Positions 1-5,751 of a DNA stretch of 15,555 nt are shown here, piece by piece. The translations under genes were made by a program, and so were the position numbers. The notes under the pieces were generated by a model. It was not told the DNA's origin. It saw only the letters and a list, made by a program, of their open reading frames with translations, and ran no database searches. Origin of the DNA: Pedosphaera sp. (lineage in GTDB: Bacteria > Verrucomicrobiota > Verrucomicrobiia > Limisphaerales > SIBH01); the NCBI GenBank assembly GCA_031414955.1, contig JANOQV010000204.1, positions 1 through 15,555 of the forward strand, read 5' to 3'. The stretch's first letter is position 1, and every line of letters begins with the position of its first letter.

Positions 1-181
1 CGCGGTTCGTGACCCGGCGATCCCGGGCCCAGCGCACCTTGGCCTCCTCGATCCGCTTGAGGTGCTCAAGGCACGAATTCTTCGACGCCACCACGCGCGC
101 CTTGACGAAATTCGGAATCGCGACCGCCAGCAGCAGCCCCAGCGCCGCGAGGCCCAGCGGAATGGTCACCTTGCTTCTCAT
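1..181 (-). CDS. Partial pilin/pseudopilin-like protein (N-terminus only, runs off the window edge)
   Basis: Manual translation from ATG at 181: MRSKVTIPLGLAALGLLLAVAIPNFVKARVVASKNSCLEHLKRIEEAKVRWA... The hydrophobic helix followed by AIPNFVKAR..S..NSC...L.RI..AK..WA resembles PVC-superphylum pilin-like proteins. No clear GFTLIE cleavage motif. Starts 5 bp after the upstream stop. Not in the ORF track. Confidence 0.65.
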   Translation of the reverse strand, partial: MRSKVTIPLGLAALGLLLAVAIPNFVKARVVASKNSCLEHLKRIEEAKVRWARDRRVTNR

Positions 182-186
182 GCGCT

Positions 187-1101
187 TCACGCCGCCTGCG
201 CCGCCGCGACGGTGATTTCGAACACCGCGCTCGCCTGGCCCTCGCCGCCCGCGTTGCGCGGGATGGCCTGGAAGCGATGCAGCCCCACCAACTGGTTCTG
301 CAACGTGAGGCTCTTCAGCGGCGAATCGGCAAACAGCACCACGAACACCGGCGAGTCGGGCGGCTGGTGCAGATACGTGAAGCGCGTCGCGTGCGGCGCG
401 TGGCAATCGAAATGGATCACCCTGCCGGCCACGATGATGTTGGAAATCACGGCCTGCCCCACCGGCGGCGGGGGCGTGTAAGTCGTCGGCACCGTCGAGC
501 GGATCGTGTCGCCCGCCGCCGTGCCGGCCTTGAACTTGTTCGTCGCCGCGGCGTACCACGCCACGCACGCCTTGTCGCAGGTCAGGGCCGTCACCATCAG
601 CTTCGAGGCGGCCGTGCGCCAGTCCTCGAAGGCATTCGCGTGCGCCGCCTTCTCCGCCAGCGAGTTGGCCAGCAACGAGCCGAAGTTGGAGAGTTCCACC
701 TCCGCGTCGAACACCCAGGCGCCATCCGCCTTGGCCCAGAGCGCGCGCGCCGCCTCGCCCTGGTTGTAAAGGCCGTCGCGCCCCTGCGCGTCCGTGCGCA
801 GCGCGCGGAAGCGCGACAGCACCGCCGGCTGCGCGCGAAAGTAATAGACCCCCTCGCGCTTCACGTCGCGCGACACGCGCTGGATGTTTCCCAGCGACAG
901 GTCCCACGTCGCCGCGGCCGCACGCCAGTCGGCCCGCTTGTTGATCTCCTGGATGCGCAGTTGCTCCAGCCCGGTGTGCTCCGGGCCCCATTGGGCGGCG
1001 GGCTTGCCGGACCAGACCCACGGCGGCGTGCCCGTGCTCAGTCCCAGTTGCGTGGTGGAAGTCGCCAGCAGGCGACTCATGGTGAAGGAGATGCTTTTCA
1101 T
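187..1101 (-). CDS. Hypothetical protein, probably helical N-region plus C-terminal fibronectin-III/Ig-like domain
   Basis: 304-aa ORF with an AT-rich upstream region. A Pro/Thr linker (VPTTYTPPPP) precedes a beta-rich tail ending HRFQAIPRNAGGEGQAS, which resembles the FN3 Y.F.V.A.N..G.G..S pattern. Alternative start at 1080. Confidence 0.65.
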   Translation of the reverse strand: MKSISFTMSRLLATSTTQLGLSTGTPPWVWSGKPAAQWGPEHTGLEQLRIQEINKRADWRAAAATWDLSLGNIQRVSRDVKREGVYYFRAQPAVLSRFRALRTDAQGRDGLYNQGEAARALWAKADGAWVFDAEVELSNFGSLLANSLAEKAAHANAFEDWRTAASKLMVTALTCDKACVAWYAAATNKFKAGTAAGDTIRSTVPTTYTPPPPVGQAVISNIIVAGRVIHFDCHAPHATRFTYLHQPPDSPVFVVLFADSPLKSLTLQNQLVGLHRFQAIPRNAGGEGQASAVFEITVAAAQAA

Positions 1102-1247
1102 AACTGTGTTCCGTCTGTCTTTCTATTTTGGTTGTTTTCACGAACGCGCCATTCGGTGCGTCACTGGTATTCCTCATATCATGTGCCGTGCCAAACCCCA
1201 CCGACCGCAAAAGAAAGTGAGCGCCTCCCCTCCTCCTGCGGGCTTCT

Positions 1248-1270
1248 CCCTCTCCCCGTCCGACGGGGAG
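1248..1270. repeat. Palindromic REP-like hairpin CCCTCTCCCCGTC-C-GACGGGGAG, cut on one arm by the IS110 end
   Basis: CTCCCCGTC (1252-1260) and GACGGGGAG (1262-1270) are perfect reverse complements. The AGGG needed to extend the palindrome is replaced by IS sequence. Confidence 0.7.
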
Positions 1271-1297
1271 CAACGGTGTTGTTGGGCAAGCATTTTT

Positions 1298-2254
1298 TCA
1301 GGCGGTTTTGAGCGCCGGTTTCGGTTTCGGTTTGAGGGCCTGATTCATTTGCACCAGCAGTTTGCGCATCACCGCCGTCAGCGCCACTTTGGCCGGTTTG
1401 CCGGCCGCTCGCAATTTGGCGTAGAACTTCCCCAGGGTGCTCTCTTTCATCCGCGCCAGGGCCACCGCCGACATGTAGAGGGCCCGCCGCACCGCCGCCC
1501 GCCCGCCGCCGATGTGCCGCTGGCCTTCCCAGGGGCCGCTCTGGCGCGTCCACGGGGCCAGGCCGGCCAGTGCCGCCGCTTCGCCCCGGTTGAGCTGGCC
1601 CAGTTCAGGCATCTGGCTCAAGACGCTCACGGCGGTGAGCCGGCCCACGCCGTCCAACGCCTCGAGCTGGGCCACCGGTTCCTGCCACTGCGGGGCCCGC
1701 GCCAGCGCCGCCGCCATCTCCCTCTCGACGGCCTCCATCTGCTGGTCCAGGTGCGCTTCCAGTTTGGCCAGGCGCTTCTTGACGAAGGCCAGGGTGGCGT
1801 GTTCGGCGTGGTTGCGCAGGCCGTTGCGTTGTTCCACCAGCTGGCCGCGCCACTGCACCAGCCCGCGCAGTTCGGCCAGCGCCGTGTCGGGCAGGGGCGT
1901 GGCCGCCGGCCGCAGGGCCGCGCCGTAGGCGGTGAGCACCCGGGTGTCGAGGGGGTCGTTCTTGGCCCGCTGGCCCTGGGCCAGGGCGAAGTGCCGCACC
2001 AGCGCGGGGTTGAGCACGCTCACCGGGATCGCCGCCGCCTGGAGCGCGGCGACCACGGCCCGTTCGTAGCCGCCGGTGGCTTCGCAGACGACGTGCGCGC
2101 CGGGCACGGCCCGCAGGAGTTTGACCAACTGGCGGTGGCCGGCGGCGGTGTTGGGCAGGGTGTAACCTCGGCCTTGGAGGTCGAGTTGGAGGGTGGCCTT
2201 GGCAATATCCAGGCCGGTGTGGACGACGGAGGTTTTTTCAGTCAGTGTGTTCAT
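1298..2254 (-). CDS. IS110-family transposase/recombinase (DEDD RuvC-like domain plus Tnp domain)
   Basis: 318 aa with motifs GLDIAK (D), VVCEATGGYE (E), AKNDPLD (D,D), LDGVG, AGLAPWTRQSG (catalytic Ser) and ALTAVMRKLL. AGGAG Shine-Dalgarno upstream. Frame intact. Confidence 0.95.
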   Translation of the reverse strand: MNTLTEKTSVVHTGLDIAKATLQLDLQGRGYTLPNTAAGHRQLVKLLRAVPGAHVVCEATGGYERAVVAALQAAAIPVSVLNPALVRHFALAQGQRAKNDPLDTRVLTAYGAALRPAATPLPDTALAELRGLVQWRGQLVEQRNGLRNHAEHATLAFVKKRLAKLEAHLDQQMEAVEREMAAALARAPQWQEPVAQLEALDGVGRLTAVSVLSQMPELGQLNRGEAAALAGLAPWTRQSGPWEGQRHIGGGRAAVRRALYMSAVALARMKESTLGKFYAKLRAAGKPAKVALTAVMRKLLVQMNQALKPKPKPALKTA

Positions 2255-2481
2255 GCTGTTCGGACTCCTACTTGCACATGCGAGCGCGGCCCCGAAGGGA
2301 CGGCTCTATCAACGGTTCGAGTGACGGACAGAAGGCGAGAGCGGCTCTGGCTCCCCGACGAACGCGCCGAAGCGGTTCCAGAGGGCAACGAGCGCGCCCG
2401 CGCCGCCGCCCTCCCCCCTGCAGGGGGGAGGGCGGCCCCATCTTCCTGTTTGGCTTGCGCCAAAAAAGGAAGATGGAAAGA
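2255..2481 (-). ncRNA. Putative bridge RNA of the IS110 element (ends approximate)
   Basis: Two 5' hairpins (2438-2476 with a GCAA loop; 2405-2436) followed by two internal loops, each capped by a UUCG hairpin. Guide segments: TTGCCCTCT (2388-2380), CGGGGAG (2357-2351), ACCGTTGAT (2316-2308), GTGCAAG (2277-2271). Confidence 0.75.
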
Positions 2482-2487
2482 GACATA

Positions 2488-2703
2488 CCAGGGTTGCGAG
2501 TCCGCGAGCTACCCTGGGTTGGCTCGCATGGAATTCCTCTTCAACCCTGAAGGGGTTGCAGCACGCTCGGGATCTTCCCACGGCCCCGCACCGTGTGACC
2601 AGTGCTTCAACCCCTTCGGGGTTGGTAAATTTTTTGCGGGCGTTCCCAGGGTAGCTCGCACCTCGCAACCCTTGGGCAGAGTGCTTCAATCCTTTCACGA
2701 TTG
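2488..2703. repeat. Cluster of nested inverted REP-like palindromes (REPIN/BIME-like)
   Basis: 2488-2518 (CCAGGGTTGCGAG..CGAGCTACCCTGGG) is a near reverse complement of 2645-2676. 2542-2563 and 2603-2624 are inverted copies (20/22 identical). A degenerate third copy of the inner unit lies at 2682-2703. Confidence 0.8.
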
Positions 2704-2767
2704 AAAAACGGCTCGTCGAGAGGCGGGCAACGACATGGCGTTTGCGCCGGCTCAACGGTAAGACCAT

Positions 2768-3084
2768 TCAAGGCAATCTCATCGCCCGGTAGTAACGGTG
2801 CGTGCTGTTCGTCGCCGTGGGATCGATGATGTTCGCCGTTGCGCCGTTCCAGGAAATCGTGCCCGTCAACGCCGTCCAACCGGCCGCGCCCAGGTCATCC
2901 TTGAACTCGGCGCGATAGCTTCGAGCGGGATTGCCCGTCCAGAATAGCAGCTTGCCGCCGCCGCCCGCCGGCGAAACGGTCAGCACCCGAAAGGTGGAAG
3001 CGGCAGCGCGAGCAGGCCGAGCAAGGCCAGCGCGGCGAGGACGGCGGCCAGTTCGAGGCGGGTGAAGGCGGCGCGGGAGTTCAT
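2768..3084 (-). pseudogene. Chimeric remnant: prepilin-type N-terminus (3084-2980) joined out of frame to the C-terminal domain of a secreted protein (about 3005-2768)
   Basis: One frame gives MNSRAAFTRLELAAVLAALALLGLLALPLPPFGC* (AFT.LEL prepilin motif, stop after 34 aa). Another gives AASTFRVL...LFWTGNPARSYRAEFKDDLGAAGWTAL...DPTATNSTHRYYRAMRLP*, resembling the terminal 'R[FY]YR' domain of verrucomicrobial extracellular proteins. Confidence 0.6.
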
Positions 3085-3248
3085 GCAAGTGAGTGTTGTG
3101 GATAAGAGGCCCGACCGGGGGAATTTATTCCCGCCAGAACGCCTGAAAGCATGTGTGGTTCGAGGCATGACGTGTTCGGAGTCTGGTGGCGAAAGCACGG
3201 CCGGCGTCGGGGAATGGCAACGCGGTTCTCGAAGGCCGAGGCACCTCG

Positions 3249-3407
3249 GGCGCATTCGTCCACCGTTGGCGAATGACCCGGGGCCAGGTGGGCGGCCTCG
3301 CGCTGCGAGGCCAGGTCGAACGGCCCAGGCCAAGCCCTCGCCTCGCAGCGCGAGGCTTGCCACCTCCGCCCTGGTTCCGGCTTTCACCAACGGTGGACGG
3401 ATGCACC
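3249..3407. mobile_element. 159-bp non-autonomous MITE/REPIN-like element
   Basis: 25-bp terminal inverted repeats (3249-3273 and 3383-3407, 3 mismatches). Flanking 10-bp direct repeats AGGCACCTCG (3239-3248) and ATGCACCTCG (3408-3417). Internal perfect 17-bp inverted pair at 3295-3311 and 3340-3356. Confidence 0.6.
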
Positions 3408-3468
3408 ATGCACCTCGGGCCAAGGTCGCGCTTGCGCGGCGGTGGCGTGCGCGCCATTTTCGCCGCCC

Positions 3469-4008
3469 ATGATGACTTTGATTGTCGGCACCAACCGTCC
3501 GGGCAGCAGCACGCGCCAAGTGGCGGCCCAAATCGAGGAGATTTACCGCGAGCTGGAGACGCCGCTCAGGGTGCTCGACCTCGCCCAGTTGCCGCCGGAA
3601 ATTTTTCACCCCGGCTCCTACGCGGAGAAGCCCGCCGGGTTCAAACCATTCTCCGAGGGCGTGCTGCAAGCGTCCGGCTTGATCGTCGTGACGCCCGAAT
3701 ACAACGGCTCACTGCCCGGCGTGTTGAAGTACTTCATCGACATGCTGGAGTTCCCGGAGAGCTTCGAGCGGCGGCCCGTCTGTTTCGTGGGGGTCGCCGC
3801 CGGAATGTGGGGCGCGCTGCGGCCGGTCGAGCAGTTGCAGGCCATCTTCGGCTACCGCAACGCCCACATCTTTCCCGAACGCGTTTTCCTGCCCCGCATT
3901 GGCACGCTGCTGGATGCAGGCGGGCGGTTGAAAGATCCGGAACTGGTCGAACGCCTGCGCACGCAGCAGCAGGGCTTTGTGGCGTTCGTGAAGAAGTTGA
4001 AGGGCTGA
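3469..4008 (+). CDS. NAD(P)H-dependent FMN reductase (ChrR/SsuE-like flavodoxin fold)
   Basis: Motifs IVGTNRPGS, VVTPEYNGSLPGVLKYFID and GMWGALRPVEQL. Start at 3469 or 3472. Confidence 0.9.
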   Translation: MMTLIVGTNRPGSSTRQVAAQIEEIYRELETPLRVLDLAQLPPEIFHPGSYAEKPAGFKPFSEGVLQASGLIVVTPEYNGSLPGVLKYFIDMLEFPESFERRPVCFVGVAAGMWGALRPVEQLQAIFGYRNAHIFPERVFLPRIGTLLDAGGRLKDPELVERLRTQQQGFVAFVKKLKG

Positions 4009-4011
4009 TGG

Positions 4012-4539
4012 CTACCCGGCCAGTCGGGTGATGCTTTCGTCCGCCGGCAATTCAGCGAGCAACTCGGCGATGCGGCGAGATTGCCCGGGCAACACAAACT
4101 CCGGCGCCACTTCGCTCAACGGCTGAAGCACGAAGCGCCGCAGATGGGCGCGCGGATGCGGCAGAATCAGAGTCGGCCTGTTCCGCACCTCGGCCCCGAA
4201 CGCGATGAGGTCGAGGTCGATCGGACGCGCCTCGTTCATCACCGACTTGGGCCGTCGTCCGAGATCCCATTCCAGGGTGAACAGCTTCATCCCCAGCGAG
4301 TCGGCGGTTTCGCCGGGCCAAGGCGTGAGAGCCACGGCGGCGTTGATGAACAGCGGCGAATCTGGCGGGCAAGCCACGGGCGTCGTCTGCCAGAGCGACG
4401 ATCTGCGCAGTGGCCGCGCGGAAAGCTTCTCCAACTCGACGAAGGCCCGATAAATCGTGCCCACGGAGTCGCCGAGGTTGGAACCGAGGGCAACGAGGGC
4501 AACCTGTTCCGCATTCCGCATTCCGCGTTCCGCGCTCAC
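4012..4539 (-). CDS. folK: 2-amino-4-hydroxy-6-hydroxymethyldihydropteridine diphosphokinase
   Basis: Motifs VALGSNLGD, FINAAV, ARPIDLDLI and LILPHPRAHLRRFVLQPL. GTG at 4539 overlaps the dapB stop (GTGA). Alternative ATG at 4521. Confidence 0.92.
   Translation of the reverse strand: MSAERGMRNAEQVALVALGSNLGDSVGTIYRAFVELEKLSARPLRRSSLWQTTPVACPPDSPLFINAAVALTPWPGETADSLGMKLFTLEWDLGRRPKSVMNEARPIDLDLIAFGAEVRNRPTLILPHPRAHLRRFVLQPLSEVAPEFVLPGQSRRIAELLAELPADESITRLAG
4506..4533. repeat. Four tandem 7-nt repeats (G/A)TTCCGC at the folK 5' end
   Basis: GTTCCGC ATTCCGC ATTCCGC GTTCCGC read directly. Confidence 0.9.
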
Positions 4540-5270
4540 TTCAACCCCAGCACATCCTGCATGTCGTAGAGGCCGGGCTTTTGTTTCACGATCCACTGCG
4601 CGGCGCGGAGGGCGCCGTTGGCGAAGGTGTTCCGGCTCGAGGCCTTGTGGGTCAGTTCCACGCGCTCGCCGTTCGCGGCGAAGATGACGGTGTGGTCGCC
4701 CACCACGTCGCCGCCACGCAGGGCATGAATGCCAATCTCGGCCGCGGTGCGTTCCCCGGTGATCCCCTTGCGTCCGTGGCGCAGGACTTCGTCGAGTTGC
4801 ACCTGGCGGACGTCGCCGAGGATTTCGAGCAGCGTGGTGGCGGTACCGCTCGGGGCGTCCTTCTTCAGGCGATGGTGCATCTCCACCACTTCGAGGTCGA
4901 AGCCGGGGCCGAGAATTTCCGCCGCCTTGCGGGTGAGCCAGAAGAGCGTGTTCACACCGGTGGAATAGTTTGAAGCCCAGACGATGGGAATCTGGGATTG
5001 GAGATTTGCGATTTGAGGTTTCTCCTCCGGCTGATGGCCGGTGGTGCCAATGACGAGCGCCTTCTGGTGCTGCGCGCAAAGTTTGGCCACGCCGAGCGTC
5101 GCGGAGTGAAAGCTGAAGTCGATGACCGCATCGCATTTCGCGATGACGGCACCGAGATCGTCGCCCACATCGACCTGTCCGACGACTTCGAGTTCAGGGA
5201 TGCGCGCCGCGCAGGTGATGAGCGCCAGGCCCATCTGGCCTTTGGCCCCGGTGATGATGATGCGTGTCAT
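4536..5270 (-). CDS. dapB: 4-hydroxy-tetrahydrodipicolinate reductase
   Basis: Motifs GAKGQMG, VIDFS, VIGTTG, EMHHRLKKDAPSGTA, RGGDVVGDHTV and FANGALRAA. 244 aa. Confidence 0.97.
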   Translation of the reverse strand: MTRIIITGAKGQMGLALITCAARIPELEVVGQVDVGDDLGAVIAKCDAVIDFSFHSATLGVAKLCAQHQKALVIGTTGHQPEEKPQIANLQSQIPIVWASNYSTGVNTLFWLTRKAAEILGPGFDLEVVEMHHRLKKDAPSGTATTLLEILGDVRQVQLDEVLRHGRKGITGERTAAEIGIHALRGGDVVGDHTVIFAANGERVELTHKASSRNTFANGALRAAQWIVKQKPGLYDMQDVLGLK

Positions 5271-5274
5271 GGGA

Positions 5275-5514
5275 TCAGAGTTTTGAAAGAACCGCCGCCT
5301 TGTCGATTCCTTTCGCGCTGGCTACCGCTCGAAGTATCGCATTCAAAGTCCCCGTTCGCAGGGGATCGTGATTGGGCACGGACAAGCGATGCGACCTTGG
5401 CGATTCAGTCTGGAGAATGATGTGGCTGCCTTCCTGATGGATCTTTCTATAATCAATATCCCGGCAAAGGACTTTGACCGGTTCCGTGCCGCTGAGGTCG
5501 CGCGGCAACTTCAT
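5275..5514 (-). CDS. hicA: HicA-family toxin (type II toxin-antitoxin)
   Basis: 79 aa: MKLPRDLSG...HQEGSHIIL...SVPNHDPLRTGTLNAIL, with the GSH catalytic His motif. ATGA overlap with the upstream gene. Confidence 0.88.
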   Translation of the reverse strand: MKLPRDLSGTEPVKVLCRDIDYRKIHQEGSHIILQTESPRSHRLSVPNHDPLRTGTLNAILRAVASAKGIDKAAVLSKL

Positions 5515-5717
5515 GAGCAGGAGAGGACTTCGTCGCGAACGAGATGGAGCCGAATTGAAGACGGCTTTGGTTGATCAAAAAAGTATGCCGAAACCGCTTC
5601 TTGAACGTTCCTGCGCAGTTCATTCCAGTTGTCGCCCTCGGTAAAGATGTCATGCGACAGACACTCGGCAACGAAGCCTCCATCCGACTCCTGCGTTACG
5701 CTGAATACGATTTCCAT
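5511..5717 (-). CDS. hicB: Short HicB-like antitoxin without a DNA-binding domain
   Basis: 68 aa: EIVFSVTQESDGGFVAEC...IFTEGDNWNELRRNVQEAVSAYF fits the HicB partial RNase H fold pattern. Coupled to hicA. Confidence 0.8.
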   Translation of the reverse strand: MEIVFSVTQESDGGFVAECLSHDIFTEGDNWNELRRNVQEAVSAYFFDQPKPSSIRLHLVRDEVLSCS

Positions 5718-5723
5718 GTCGGC

Positions 5724-5751
5724 AGTATAGCGGTGCAGCAGGCCGACTCAA
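5724..5751 (-). promoter_or_regulatory. Putative sigma70 promoter for a leaderless hicB-hicA transcript
   Basis: TTGAGT-16 nt-TATACT with only 6 nt before the hicB ATG and no Shine-Dalgarno. Overlaps the inverted repeat GTCGGC (5718-5723)/GCCGAC (5742-5747). Confidence 0.5.

Larger units (their letters stand above)
1269..2491 (-). mobile_element. IS110-family insertion sequence (bridge-recombinase type, long non-coding end upstream of the CDS)
   Basis: Contains an IS110 recombinase ORF. On the minus strand a CT dinucleotide lies at both putative junctions (2491-2490 and 1270-1269). The reconstructed circle junction is ACCGTTG-CT-GGTAT. No terminal inverted repeats seen. Both flanks are interrupted repeats. 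Confidence 0.8.

Noticed and set aside
1178..1193. Sigma54-like site TGGCACG-GCAC-ATGAT on the minus strand upstream of the 304-aa gene
   Set aside because: The -24 element is good but the -12 element reads GA instead of the conserved GC, which is too weak to call.
884..2704. 606-aa plus-strand ORF spanning the IS
   Set aside because: Antisense shadow of the GC-rich transposase gene. It crosses the element ends and repeats and has no recognisable motifs.
4540..5136. Long N-terminal extension of FolK in the ORF track (374 aa)
   Set aside because: Overlaps dapB in another frame. FolK similarity begins only near 4500.
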